Notes under the pieces: model-generated
Database searches by the model: none
What the model was told of the DNA's origin: nothing
What the model saw: the letters and a program-made list of their open reading frames with translations, nothing else
Program-made: the position numbers and the translations under genes
Shown: piece by piece, positions 30,981 through 43,000 of the stretch
Layout of the letters: every line of letters starts with the position of its first letter
Position numbering within the stretch: the stretch's first letter is position 1
Origin: an uncultured Chloroflexia bacterium
GTDB lineage: Bacteria; Chloroflexota; Anaerolineae; JAAYZQ01
NCBI GenBank assembly: GCA_963700285.1
Contig: CAVOXA010000010.1
Span: 1,248,001-1,312,000, forward strand
Direction of reading: 5' to 3'
Length of the DNA: 64,000 nucleotides

Positions 30981-31022
30981 TTTGTTGGTAACTGAGGGTT
31001 CAACCCCCGTCATCCACCCAGT
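30981..31022 (+). repeat. attR-like copy 2 of tRNA-His 3' end (perfect 27 bp, 30996-31022) with TTGGTAAC motif
   Basis: GGGTTCAACCCCCGTCATCCACCCAGT identical to 12282-12308. Confidence 0.93.
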
Positions 31023-31051
31023 TTTCCCCGCAAGGGGGAAAATCCTCTACC

Positions 31052-31084
31052 AGAGGCTCGTTCCCGACGGGCCTCTTTTCTTTT
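31052..31084 (+). terminator. terminator hairpin following att copy 2
   Basis: AGAGGCTCGT-loop-ACGGGCCTCT TTTCTTTT. Confidence 0.75.
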
Positions 31085-31286
31085 CCCCATACAGTCGCCG
31101 CTGGGCCTTCCGGCGGAGGTCACAAACGGAACGGCCGAGGAGCCGGTGCTCGAACGCCGGACCCCGGCCTACCGTACCCACCGGGAATACCACGGATAGG
31201 ATCTGACTGTCCGTTTCGTTGCCTACCCTGCCCCGAGCGAGCCAGACACCCAGCAGCGAGTGCCTTTGCACAAAAGGCAGTTCCGG

Positions 31287-32183
31287 CTACGAGGCCAGAA
31301 GCAGACCGATGGCCATCAAGACGGGCGTCGTGATATTGAGCAGTACGTTGAAGCCCATATACTTGAGCAACCTGGGCAGGTCTTCCCCATAGCGGTATAC
31401 ACCCACAGATGCCATGACCGCCAGGGGAAGGGTCAGAAGCCCCAGCAAACTGGCTGCCGGCAGATAGCCAAGCCAGACGCCTATCCCGATCGACAGGTAG
31501 GTCGCCAGCAGGAACAGGCCGTAGATGATGCTGCAGCGTCGCTTGCCGATCAGGATGGGCAGATTCCGCCTGCCCACAGCCTGGTCCACTTCCACATCGG
31601 GGAATTGATTCAGCAGTAACAGGTCGTTGCCCAGGAAGAAGGGAGGGAGTGCGGCAAAGAGGGCGGTCACCGTGTACTCTCCAGTCAGGACATAGTAGGT
31701 ACCCGTGACCATGAGCAGTCCAAACCCCAGTCCGGTGACGATCAGCGAGATCAGGGGTTTGCGAGTGATCCAGCTTGTGTAGGCCACGATGACCAACAGC
31801 CCAAGCAGACCCAAGGGCAGAATGGGCCAACCCCGGACAATTAGGAAGTAGAGCCCGATCAGGGCCGTAACTCCCAGGCATGCCACCGCCACACCCAGCG
31901 CAAAAGGCGCCAGGTCGGGCCTCTCGCGCAAGGTGCCACTGCCACCGCTGAAAGGCGTCGGATCACTCTGCAGGTCGAGACCGCTCTTGAAGTCGAGGTA
32001 CTCATTTAGGGCGTTGACACTGATGTGCGCGCAGATGGCGCCAATGAAGGCCAGGACGAGGTACAGAATGTTGATCTTGCCGTGCGTCCAGACCGCAGTG
32101 GCAGCACCCAGCATGACACAGGCGACGTCCAGATACAAAAAGTCGACCCGCATGGGACCAAGCCACACTTTCAGATCCTTCAT
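31287..32183 (-). CDS. menA: UbiA-family prenyltransferase, MenA-like
   Basis: NALNEYLDFKSGLD, FSGGSG, NQFPDVEVDQAVGRRNLP; multi-TM. Confidence 0.82.
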   Translation of the reverse strand: MKDLKVWLGPMRVDFLYLDVACVMLGAATAVWTHGKINILYLVLAFIGAICAHISVNALNEYLDFKSGLDLQSDPTPFSGGSGTLRERPDLAPFALGVAVACLGVTALIGLYFLIVRGWPILPLGLLGLLVIVAYTSWITRKPLISLIVTGLGFGLLMVTGTYYVLTGEYTVTALFAALPPFFLGNDLLLLNQFPDVEVDQAVGRRNLPILIGKRRCSIIYGLFLLATYLSIGIGVWLGYLPAASLLGLLTLPLAVMASVGVYRYGEDLPRLLKYMGFNVLLNITTPVLMAIGLLLAS

Positions 32184-32456
32184 GTTCCTCTCCGATCAGC
32201 CTTCTCAGCGTTGCTGCTGGGTGGACTAGATTGTACCATTGCCCGCCTGATTCGACAAGCTGCCTCCCCCCTCCGCTTGCAGGATCCGTGTCATACCTCC
32301 ACGGACCTTTTTGCTATTCTCCCGCGGTCTGTGGTAGAATTTAGGCATCCAATAGAACCTCTGCAACAGGGAGGGCGCCGGTGGCCTGGATACCGGGCGA
32401 TCCACCCCATCCCGGAACGGCTGGACTCGGAGCTGGATGTCGTCGAGGAAGGAGCG

Positions 32457-32993
32457 ATGATGGACTTGGTAAGCGACCTAACGGAAGTACAGCGTCTGGC
32501 CGAGGAACTCCAGGATGAGAACTGGGCCTTTCGCGCCTGGATCAAGTCCAACTTTGATCTGGACGATGAGCAACTCATGTCGGTCGTGCAATGGCTGGCC
32601 GTTGAAGTGACGGCGCAAATCGATTGCAGGGCCTGCGCCAACTGCTGCCAGTTGCTGGCGCCTTCCCTAAGCCAGGGCGACATGAAACGGCTGGCCCGAG
32701 CCCTCAAGGTGGATGTTCCTACGCTGCAAGCAACCTACTTGCAACAAGACGAATCGGGGAAATGGGAGCTGCCTGCTCCCTGTCCCTTGCTGGAGGGCAA
32801 GCTGTGCCGCGTCTACGATGCCCGGCCCAAGCCTTGCCGCGAGTATCCCCATCTATACAACGACTTTCGAGCCCACAGCATCGCCCGCATCAGCGATACA
32901 CGCGTCTGCCCCATCGTGTTCAACCTAATCGAGGGCATGAAGGTCGATCTGGGATGGCAGGAAAGTGATGAGTTGGACTGGTTCGACTGGTAG
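32457..32993 (+). CDS. YkgJ-family zinc/iron-chelating cysteine cluster protein
   Basis: CRACANCC, PCPLL..KLCRVYDARPKPCREYP, CPIVFN. Confidence 0.85.
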   Translation: MMDLVSDLTEVQRLAEELQDENWAFRAWIKSNFDLDDEQLMSVVQWLAVEVTAQIDCRACANCCQLLAPSLSQGDMKRLARALKVDVPTLQATYLQQDESGKWELPAPCPLLEGKLCRVYDARPKPCREYPHLYNDFRAHSIARISDTRVCPIVFNLIEGMKVDLGWQESDELDWFDW

Positions 32994-33013
32994 TTGCCTT
33001 GAGGTTCTGCAAT

Positions 33014-36000
33014 ATGAAGCTGAGTGTACACGGCAGTTCCTCGGCTGACGCCTTTTTCGTGTGGGCCGAATCGTCAGAGGCGACACCCCGGAAGCCCGGG
33101 CGCAAGCCCCGGATCCCGCCACATCCCCACGCTGCATCTCCCGCCAGATTGCGCGCCGTGTTACAGGACCTGGCGCCCTCGGTCGAGTGGGAAGCCGTTC
33201 CCAGTGAGGAACGGGTAATCCTGCTGCCCTCGGCAGCGGATGCCCCCTGTCTGCCCCCCTGGCTGGTCCCCGATGCGGTAGATCCAGGAAGCCGAATTGC
33301 ATCTGTCGCCGTGGAAGGTGACCGGCCTGGCTCTGGATCGTGCTGTCGGCCTTGCACTTCCTGGTCGCGCTGCCGCTGGGCGAGGACCAACAGGAGGCCG
33401 TACGCAGCCGGCAGTGGGGCGCAGACCTGCATTACTGGAGCCTGGTGGCCAAGTTTGGGCTCGAGTTGCTGGCCCACCACCGCTATCTGCCGGGCATGGC
33501 GGAGCATGAAGGCCAATACCGGGCCGCGCTGGCTGCCGGTGCTGGAAGATATCCAGGACCAAACACGCCTGCGCAGGCTGGCAGAAGCCATGCCGCCTGT
33601 TTGCCGGGCCGTGTTCGCCGGCAGAAAAGCGCCGGAACCAGAACAGGCCCCCGAACCGCGCGACCTGTTGGACCGTTTTCTCAAGCAGCTTGTCGACCAG
33701 GCCGTGCGCGATTGGGGCCGGCCCCGTCTGGATGGCCGGCGCAAGCCGCCGGAAGGGGTCGCTGGCGCGTGGTGGTCGGCGCTGTGGGATGATGTCCAAG
33801 CCCAGGGGAGCCCGATTGAGGTACCGTTGTCCCAGCGGCGTGATCTGGCGCGCCTGTTCGACGCCTGGCAGGCGTGGATAGGGCAGTTGCGCGGGCTGAA
33901 GGACGTGACCTTCCGCCTTTGCGTCCGGCTGGAGCCACCCGAAGTGGACCCAGAAAGCGGCCAAGTGCTCTCGCCCGACTGGCTCCTGCGCTACATGCTC
34001 CAGGCCAACGATGATCCCAGCCTGCTGGTGCCTGCCGAAAAGGTATGGGACGCGCGGGGCGGTACGCTGCGCATCCTCAATCGCAAGTTCGAGGGGGCAC
34101 AAGAGCGACTGCTGGCCGGGCTGGGGCTGGCTGGACGGCTCTTCCCGCCTATCATGAAGAGCCTGCGCACGGCGCGGCCCGATGCCTGTCCTCTGACCGT
34201 AGACGAAGCCTACGCCTTCCTGCGTGAGGTGGGACCGCTTCTGGAAGGCAGCGGTTTTGGCGTGCTGGTGCCCCCCTGGTGGGACAAACCTGGCGCGCGG
34301 CTGGGCGTGCGAGCCCGATTGCAGACCCCGGACACGGTCGCCGGCCAGGGATTCCTGGGCATGGACACCCTGGTGCAGTTCGATTGGGAATTGGCCCTGG
34401 GCGACGAGGCGCTGACCTACGAGGAATTCCAGCGGTTGGCCGCGCTTAAAATGCCCCTGGTCCAGGTACGCGGCCAGTGGGTGCTGCTCCAGCCTGACCA
34501 GATCGAGGCGGCCATCGCCTTCTGGGAGAAAAAGCGCAAGCAAGCCAAGATGTCTCTGCACGATGCGCTGAGCCTGGCCCTGGGTGCTGACGAGGAGGTC
34601 GCAGGGCTTCCACTGCAGGGCGTCGAGACTTCGGGCTGGTTGGACAGTCTGCTGGATCAGTTGGGGGCTGGCGACCAGATGCAAGAGCTGGTGCCGCCGC
34701 AAGCGTTCGAGGGCCAACTGCGGCCCTACCAGGTGCGTGGCTACTCGTGGCTCCATTTTCTGCGCAAGTGGGGGCTGGGCGCCTGCCTGGCCGACGATAT
34801 GGGCCTGGGCAAGACGATCCAGGCCATCGCCCTGTTGCTGTACGAGCGCCAGGTCGCTGAAAATGGCGTGGAACCGGCGCTGGTGCATCTGCCCCACCTC
34901 GGTCGTCGGCAATTGGAAGCGCGAGATCCAGCGCTTTGCCCCAAAGCTGCGGGTGATGGTCCACCATGGCGGCGACCGGGCCAAGGGCGAAACGTTTGTC
35001 GCTGCTGCCCAGGAATACGACGTCATCATCAGTTCCTACGGTCTGGCCCGCCGCGACGTCGACGACCTGGCCCAGGTGCCGTGGAGCGACGTCATCCTCG
35101 ACGAAGCCCAGAACATCAAGAACCCCCAGGCCAAGCAGACACAGGCCATCCGCAAGCTACCGGCGGCCAATCGTGTGGCCATGACCGGGACCCCGGTGGA
35201 GAACCGTCTGTCGGAACTGTGGTCCATCATGCAGTTTCTCAATCCTGGCCTGCTGGGTTCGCAGGCCGGATTTCGCCAGAGCTTTGCACTGCCCATCGAA
35301 CGCTACCAGGACAGATCGGCCACCGAACGCCTCAAGGGCTTGGTCGGGCCGTTCATCCTGCGTCGCCTCAAGACCGATTCGACCATCATCCAGGATCTGC
35401 CAGACAAGTTGGAGATGAAGGTCTACTGCAACCTGTCTGCCGAACAGGCTACCCTGTACGAATCGGTGGTCCAAGAATCGCTGGTACGGATCACCTCGGC
35501 AGAGGAAGGAATAGAGCGGCGCGGCGTGGTGCTGGGCTCACTCACCCGACTGAAGCAGGTCTGCAACCACCCGGCCCAATTCTTGGGCGACGGTTCGGCG
35601 CTGCCGGGGCGGTCCGGCAAGTTCGACCGGATGGGCGAGATGCTGGAGGAGGCCCTGTCTATCGGCGATCGAGCGCTCGTGTTTACCCAGTTTGCCGAGA
35701 TGGGCCACATGCTACAGGCCTATCTGCAATCCCTGTTTGGCATCGAAGTGTTGTTCCTTTACGGCGGCACGCCCCAGAAGCAGCGGGATCGCATGGTGGC
35801 TCGCTTCCAAGGAGAACGGGCCGGCCCGCCTGTCTTTATTCTCTCGCTGAAAGCGGGTGGCACTGGGCTCAACCTGACAGCGGCCAATCACGTGTTCCAT
35901 TTTGATCGCTGGTGGAATCCGGCCGTAGAGGATCAGGCCACCGATCGGGCTTTCCGCATCGGGCAAACACAGGACGTGCAGGTGCACAAGTTCCTCTGTG

Positions 36001-36143
36001 CCGGCACGCTGGAGGAGCGGATCGACGAGATGATCGAGAGCAAGAAGGCGCTGGCCGAGAGCGTCGTCGGCGCGAGCGAGGGCTGGTTGACCGAGTTGAG
36101 CACCGACGAACTGCGCGACATGATGTCGCTGAGAAGGGATTAG
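33014..36143 (+). CDS. SNF2-family DEAD/DEAH helicase-like ATPase (frameshifted)
   Basis: [69 protein letters not shown]. Confidence 0.92.
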
Positions 36144-36147
36144 GCCC

Positions 36148-37056
36148 ATGGCCAAACGGCGTAGCAGCTACTATGACAGCTACTGGCCGCGGTACGAGCC
36201 GACGCGCCCCATCGATGTCGAGGACGGCATCAAAGCCAAGAGCAAGCGTGGCAAGTTCGTCAAGCACTGGTGGGCCGACCGCTGGATCGCGGCGCTCCGG
36301 CCGCTGATGGATTCCGGGCGGCTGAGTCGCGGCCGGAGCTACGCCCGGCGGGGGCAGGTCATGGACATCCACGTTGCGCCGGGCCTGGTTACATCCCGGG
36401 TGCAGGGTTCTCGGCGCACGCCCTACAAGGTCAACATCCAGCTCCAGCCGCTGAGCGAAAAACAGTGGGATGAGGTGCTCGAGGCCCTGGCCGAACAGGC
36501 CATCTTTGCCGCTCAACTACTCAATGGCGAGATGCCGGCCGACATTGAGCAAGTGTTTGAAACGGTGCAGGTACCGCTTTTTCCTGCTTCGCGGGGTGAT
36601 CTGCGAACTGACTGCTCTTGTCCCGATTGGGCCAACCCCTGCAAGCACGTCGCCGCGGTGTACTATCTCCTGGGCGAGCGCTTTGACGAGGATCCGTTTC
36701 TGCTGTTCGAGTTGCGGGGACGGAGCCTGGAGGAGATTGCCGGCGCCCTTCGCCAGCGCCGGGCTGTGGAGATCAAGGCCGTCAAAGCCGCGCCCTGCAC
36801 GCCGACCTTGGTCAAAGTGGTTGGTGTCCCTGCCCTCGAGGATTCAATGGATCGCTATTGGGCCCTGAGCGCCGATGCGGCCGACATCACAGTGAACATT
36901 GCCCATCCGCGCGTCCCCTTGGCCCTGCTCAAGCGGGCAGGGATACCCGATTTCGACGGTGTGAACCCCCGGAACCTGCAACAGCAAATGGAAAGGGTGT
37001 ATGAGGGCGTGACCCTGGCTGCGATCCAATTGGCCTTTGCCGATCCTGGGGAGTGA
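36148..37056 (+). CDS. SWIM zinc-finger protein
   Basis: RLSRGRSYAR, CSCPDWANPCKH, DPFLLFELRG. Confidence 0.92.
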   Translation: MAKRRSSYYDSYWPRYEPTRPIDVEDGIKAKSKRGKFVKHWWADRWIAALRPLMDSGRLSRGRSYARRGQVMDIHVAPGLVTSRVQGSRRTPYKVNIQLQPLSEKQWDEVLEALAEQAIFAAQLLNGEMPADIEQVFETVQVPLFPASRGDLRTDCSCPDWANPCKHVAAVYYLLGERFDEDPFLLFELRGRSLEEIAGALRQRRAVEIKAVKAAPCTPTLVKVVGVPALEDSMDRYWALSADAADITVNIAHPRVPLALLKRAGIPDFDGVNPRNLQQQMERVYEGVTLAAIQLAFADPGE

Positions 37057-37534
37057 GGGCGAGGGAAAGGCGGCGGACGCAAAGCGCATCGTGTCTATCT
37101 GCTAACCGGGGGACCCGCTCGCTACCACCTCTGCGGACTGCGGCTGATCGGTCAGACCTATGGGCGATACGAGATGCCATACCCGCGCGACGTGGCCGAC
37201 CGGCGAGGCTTTGACTGTCCAGTGGCTGGGCGGAGCACGCAGGCGAGGCCGCTGGATGAACCGGTCGGCGAGTTGTTAGGCCGGCTGCTGCTACCCGGCA
37301 AAGAGGCTAGCCACTACCGTTCCCCTCGGAGAACCCAACGGGAATGGCCGGGAGGCGCGTGATCACCATCCCGGCCCACCACCCCGTCAACGGATCCGGC
37401 TGAGCCGCTGACCCGTTGCCAGCAAAAGAAAGGTCACCAAACAACCGGCTCGCCGGCGGGCAAGGTCTCCCGCAATGGCGGGCCGGTTTTCTATTTCCGG
37501 AGTTGAGCATCCATCCGGTACCATCAGAACAGGT

Positions 37535-39156
37535 CTATTGGTCGTTTCCATAAACCATGGGCAGATAAGCTTGCACCCTCCAGAATTTGATCAGCCGGGG
37601 AGCAAGCGTGAGCGTCGAGTCCGGTCCCCGTTGCGTCCCCTGGCGGATGTACTCGCGCTGTATGATCTTCAGGTAGTGGCAATCCGGGCTTCCAGGACGC
37701 GAGCACAGCGGGAGCGCGGTCGGGGAGATCGAAAAGCAATGACCTCCGGTCAGGTCCTGCACGGTCGAACAATCTCGCGCCAGGTAGTAGACGTAGAACT
37801 TGTCGGCATTGTTCACGGTTCCGGCATAGTCAAGCGCGGTGCCCCGTAGCTGGTCGCTGCTGATGTTCTCGACGCCCTTCAGCAGGAGGCTGTCGTTCAC
37901 CGACAGACCCACGTAGGTCGCGTTGCCTGTCTCGGTGCCAAGCGTGCCTACCACCGCATAGATCTCCCCGCCATCGAGGGGGAGGTTGGGTGTGATTTGA
38001 TACGTCGTGTCCTGGGTGTCGCCCAGGCAGTTCATCCCGATCTCGGTGCATGTGGGCCCGACCAGGTTGATGGGCTGGGGCTTGTAGGTCGAAGAAACTG
38101 GCCGCCCGATCGGAGCAGTCGTCTTTGGCACAGGGCTGTCCCCACCTGCTGTTGACCTCTGCCACGAGCTGGAACAGATCGGCCTTCAATCCGCTCTCGT
38201 CGGCTGCCGATCTGGCCTCCAGCACCGGTGGGCCGTAGGGTTCAGGAAGCCGATCGGGCCGGGTATCCCGCACGCGGAGGATGACGAGGGGCAGGCCCTG
38301 CCGCCAGGTGTCTGAGGCGGTGCCGGGCGCCCCGCCATCCTGGGGTTCGGCGTAGCGAATGACGTTCAGAAGCTCATCAGCCTCCTCCTCGAGGCCCAGC
38401 CTGATCGTATTGGGGATCGGTTCGGTAAAGATGTTTGCGTCCCTCACCGAAACGGCGTCAAAGGCTTCCCTTATCGCATGATCCATCAACCGGTCCGGGG
38501 TGACGATGATGGCCCGTGTCTTGTCAAAGGCGGCGCCCGACTGCCTTTCGATGACGACGTTGTTGTTGCTATTGCTCAGGCTGGCCAGGAGCTGAATGCG
38601 CTTCGGATTTTCGGGAACGGTGGCGAAGAGGAAATGGAGAAAGTCGGGATAGTTCTTTGCCAGAAACTTGTACGTGTCGCTGTTCGTATCGTAGGTGCCT
38701 TCGCGAGTGAACAGGTAGGTCTGTTCGCCAAAATAGGCGGCCTGAGGGGGCAGACGGCCAAAGATGACGATTGCTTCGCGCGGATCGAGCCGGAACGAGG
38801 TATTGTACCCCTCCAACACCTGGCCCAAGGCCAGCTTGGTGGCAGGATCCACAAATTCCTCCGGCCAGGGTGGTACGGCAAAGAGAACATAGGGAGCAGC
38901 AGGGTTGTTGCCGAAGCAGCTCTTCATCGTCGCGTAGGAATCGGCGCAGTCATCTTCGGTGTACAACCTGAAGTAGCCCTGCGAGACCTCATAGCCCTGC
39001 CGGGAGAGCTCGGCGATGAGGCGTTTGGCCGTTCTCTCAATGGGAGCGGGCACCTCGTTCCCTGGCGCGCCAGGCGCACCAGAGGCGTGACCCGTGACCA
39101 GGAGCAAGAGCGGCGAGACACACCAGCCAGACCAAAGTTCTGTTCCGCTTAGCCAT
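37535..39156 (-). CDS. secreted hypothetical protein with C-terminal YLPMV motif (frameshifts near 39115 and 38085)
   Basis: MAKRNRTLVWLVCL signal after GAGGAGG; coherent protein over two long ORFs; ends RVQAYLPMVYGNDQ. Confidence 0.65.
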
Positions 39157-39944
39157 GTTCGTTCCTCCTCTTCCTTGTGTGAATGTCTGTGCCAGGCTGG
39201 GCCCATCTCGGCAAGATGGATCCAGCCAGCCCTGCTGCTGCACCGCAGGCCATCACCAGCAGAGCACCGAACAAGACTCCCTTCTGAGCAAGTTCCAGCA
39301 CCCATGATGGTTCTGCCACGGACCCATTATACCACAAATAGCCAGCTAAACATCCCAATCTTGCGCTCTCACCGTTGCGCAAGTACCAGCCGATCAAGAG
39401 CCGTACACTATGAGCCGATCTGGCAAACGGCTGTCGGCTGGCGCGGGCCGGCTGGGGTCGTAGGGCTCGCGACTTGAGGGATCAACGTGGCGTGCGTCGG
39501 TCGCGTGCGCTCACCCCCAAGCAGCTTTTGTGACGCTATTGCGGCAGGTAGCGGGATTGCGGGAAAAGGAGGGCTGCTTCTTCCTTGTCAAGGGCAAGGT
39601 TTGCCAGTATAATGACAAGAGTTCCAATGCATGAGACCTTGTACTATCCTGCACCACTCTGACCACGGCAGACAAGAAGGGATCAGGTGGTGCGAGGACC
39701 AAACCTACACGAGCAACTGGCTAGAGCCACGTCAAGGGTCTGTCCATGTGGCGCCTTGTATTCTGCTGCATAGTTCTGGGCTTGCTCGCGATAGCCATAC
39801 CCGTAGAACACCAGGGCGGTGCTGATGAGACCCTGGGATCGATTCGGGAAGGGGGTGGTGGATGAGACTCGCTGTACAAGGTACAACTGTCTGTCAAACC
39901 TCGAGCACATTCCTCCGAGGTGCGCTCCAAGGTCGGTTTTGCCG

Positions 39945-40366
39945 CCCCAGGCAACGCGTTCGCCATCACGATGGGGGTCGAAGGTCAAAAGGCTGGCTAC
40001 GAACCAGGCGACGTGTTGGCCGCCAGCGACTTGGGCAGTGGAGCCGCCGTGCGCACGTCAGCAACCTACTCGCCGGCAGTGGTTGGGGTCTATTCGGCAG
40101 CGCCCGCCTTCGTGGGCGGCCGGCCGGTGACGGGAGACGATCCCTCGGCTGGTGTGCCCGTCGCCATCCTGGGCGTCGTGGACTGCAAGGTCTCGGCCGA
40201 GAACGGGCCGATCCGCCCCGGGGACCTGCTGGTCACGTCCGCAACGCCTGGACACGCCATGCGCGCCGACCGCGAGCGCACATTCACGGGTACGATCCTC
40301 GGCAAGGCCCTGGAATCCCTGGACTCGGGCACCGGACTGATCCAGGTGCTCCTGACGTTGCAGTAG
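39945..40366 (+). pseudogene. C-terminal fragment with peptidase G2/IMC-like autoproteolytic domain
   Basis: EPGDVL, VVGVYS, CKVSAENGPIRPGDLLVTS, GTILGKALE; no credible 5' part. Confidence 0.6.
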
Positions 40367-40377
40367 GAGGGGGATCG

Positions 40378-40638
40378 ATGAGAAAATGGTTCATCCCATT
40401 GCTGATCTTGCTCGTTTTCTTGCTCTTGAGCGCGGGCGCTGGCGCGCTGACAGCGCCCCGCTACCAGGTTGAAACAGGGACCATCTCGGGCGGCGGCTAT
40501 CAGCTCACGACTTTCGGGCCACAGACGGGCAACGTCGCCGCCGGGGGCGGCTATCGCCTGCTGGGTCCGGCAGCACCGGCGCTCCGCGGTAGTGGCTGCT
40601 GCTGCACCTACCTGCCCTGCATCGTCCGCAACAGATGA
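40378..40638 (+). CDS. small secreted protein with C-terminal YLPCIVR motif
   Basis: MRKWFIPLLIL signal peptide after GGAGGG; GGGY repeats; CCCTYLPCIVR. Confidence 0.7.
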   Translation: MRKWFIPLLILLVFLLLSAGAGALTAPRYQVETGTISGGGYQLTTFGPQTGNVAAGGGYRLLGPAAPALRGSGCCCTYLPCIVRNR

Positions 40639-40973
40639 GATCGGCCCTCCCGCCAGCCTGGTGACGGGATGGCTTCGTCGGAGCAAAGTTACCTGGCTGG
40701 TGGCTTCTCTCGTAATCAACACGCTATCCAAAGGGGCGGGGAGCCAGAGCGCGGGCTTGCGCTGGCCCTGTTTGCGTGGTACTATTACCGCATAGGTTTG
40801 CCAGTATGCACAGATATGCAGCGCGAATGAAATAACAAAGTCAGGCAAAGTCGGTGAGCAGGCCCGTTCATTAGCAGGTATCAGGGGATATTGATCAAAG
40901 GGGTAATATGGCTAGCGAGCACGGAATAACTCAAAAGAAGGACCGTTTTGACATTGAGGGTTGCAAGACGACC

Positions 40974-42074
40974 ATGAAAGCGGTTGTCACAAACGGCAAT
41001 GGCGGATACGAACAACTGGAGTATCGGGATGTCCCGGTTCCAGAACCTGCCGCCGGGGAGCTTCTTCTGCAAGTCCTCGCGGCTGGCGTCAACAATACCG
41101 AGATCAATACCCGCCTTGGTTGGTACTCATCCGCGGTCACAGCCGGTACAGAAGCTCTGACCAGCTGCCGAGAAAGAAAAGGCGAAAGCAAAGGCAGACG
41201 GCGGCTGGAACGAGGCGACACCATTTCCCTTCATCCAGGGCACAGACTGTTGCGGGCGCGTCGTCGCCGTTGGCCCTGGTGGAGACGAAAGCACCCTGGG
41301 CTTGCGCGTATTGGTGCGGCCCTGCATTCGCCCCTTGGGATTTGACTCCATGGAGAATATCTGGATGGCCTCCGATTTCGATGGTGCGTTCGCTCAATTT
41401 GTGAAAATCGATGCCAGGGAGGTTTTTCCCGTAGACTGCGATTGGAGCGATGCTGAACTTGGCACCATTCCGTGCGCCTACGGTACGGCTGAGAATATGC
41501 TCCACCGGGCAAAGTGTCCAAGGGCGAGCATGTGTTGGTTGCCGGTGCATCGGGTGGGGTCGGGTCGGCCGTGGTGCAACTGGCCAAGCGCCGAGGGGCC
41601 ATGGTAACGGCCATTGCGGGAGAACAGAAAATGGCCCAGGTGCGGTCAATTGGCGCCGATCGCGTCATCGCTCGTGGTGACGATATTGTGGCCGCTCTGG
41701 GCGAGAACGCGGTCGATGTGGTGATTGACAATGTCGCCGGGCCTGCTTTTGGCGGGATGTTGAAGGTGCTGAAGCGAGGGGGACGCTATGCCTCTTCGGG
41801 GGCCATCGCTGGACCGCTCGTGACCCTGGATATGCGCGATTTCTATCTCAAGGATCTGACCTTGATCGGTTGCACCGCCTGGGATGAGCCGGTTTTCCCC
41901 AACCTCATTTCCTATATCGAGAATGGCGAGATACGGCCACTCCTCGCCAAATCATTTCCGCTTGAACAGATCGTGGAGGCTCAGAAGGAGTTCACCAAGA
42001 AGAAGCATGTCGGCAAATTCGTTCTGATTCCGCCGCCGTTGAACGAGTCACAATTGAGCATGATCTCCCGTTGA
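40974..42074 (+). CDS. zinc-binding alcohol dehydrogenase/quinone oxidoreductase family protein (frameshifted)
   Basis: MKAVVTNGNGG, AAGVNNTEINTRLGWY, GASGGVGSA, GKFVL. Confidence 0.87.
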
Positions 42075-42208
42075 GCCAGATGTTTCATGAATCCTTCATC
42101 TCTTCTCGACTGTCACAACGGCGATTTCGTCCGCCTTCAGCCGTCTGAAGTCAATCCGGTATACCGATCCGGAACTGACGCCTGAGAACTGGTGCGAGGT
42201 CCAGCCCT

Positions 42209-42958
42209 GTGCGACGATCAAGGCTCGCCTCGAAGGAGATCATTCTAACGCAACCGTCCTCGACCTTTTTGGTCTACTTGCTTGGAGTTTTGACGATTGG
42301 CGTCGGGCTTGGCTTTCTGTGGCTCCAGGGTGACCAAGGTTCTCGTCTGTGGTGGGGCATCTCTCTGTTGCTGTGGGGGATTGGTGCGCTTCTGGCCGGA
42401 ACCAGCTACCAGGCATTCGGTTACCAGATTAAATGTGCGGGACGGGAGACATGCGCCTGGACCAGTTGGTGGGAGGTGATCTACCTGATGTTCCAGCAGG
42501 TGAGCATGGACGCGCTGCTGGTTGCTGTCGCCCTTTCCTGCACCGAGGGAACATTGCAGATGGTACTGCTGGGTTATGCGCTGCTCAGTGCGGTGGTGTA
42601 CGTCATCCTCACCTTCATCGGGGCGATTGTTCCTGTCAAAACCCTGATCACCTTCGAGTTGATGGTCTGGGTCTCGACTCCGGTCTTTCTGATCATCCTG
42701 ATTATCAACGGTTGGCGGTACTACATGTTCAGCACCCCCATGGATCTGGCACTATTGGGTGCTTGGCTATGGCTATTTTGCACCATGGCGGCCTATTGGC
42801 TCTACGACCATCTGGATATTACACCAAAGCTGTGGGCGAAAGGCAAAGGGATCTGGTTCTCGCAAAATGACGTGCTACACATCGGCCTCATTCTCTGGAT
42901 GATCTACCTTGCAGCGGTTGTGGCCGGACTTGTCCAAGACTATCCTGTGCCCATGTAG
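42209..42958 (+). CDS. polytopic membrane protein of unknown function (N-terminus probably extends upstream via frameshift)
   Basis: About 7 TM helices, SQNDVLHIG motif. Confidence 0.7.
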   Translation: MRRSRLASKEIILTQPSSTFLVYLLGVLTIGVGLGFLWLQGDQGSRLWWGISLLLWGIGALLAGTSYQAFGYQIKCAGRETCAWTSWWEVIYLMFQQVSMDALLVAVALSCTEGTLQMVLLGYALLSAVVYVILTFIGAIVPVKTLITFELMVWVSTPVFLIILIINGWRYYMFSTPMDLALLGAWLWLFCTMAAYWLYDHLDITPKLWAKGKGIWFSQNDVLHIGLILWMIYLAAVVAGLVQDYPVPM

Positions 42959-43000
42959 CAGACCTCGCACCTTCCGCCTGGTGGAGCGCAGGCACCGGCT

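Larger units (their letters stand above)
13920..31022. mobile_element. cassette/genomic island 2 at tRNA-His (about 17 kb, no integrase seen)
   Basis: Ends in a perfect 27-bp direct repeat of the tRNA 3' end; last gene truncated next to the repeat. Confidence 0.65.

Noticed and set aside
37099-37132. GCTAACCGGGGGACCCGCTCGCTACCACCT as a fourth att copy
   Set aside because: It shares TAACCGGGGG with copy 1, but the tRNA-derived core is too divergent to distinguish from chance.
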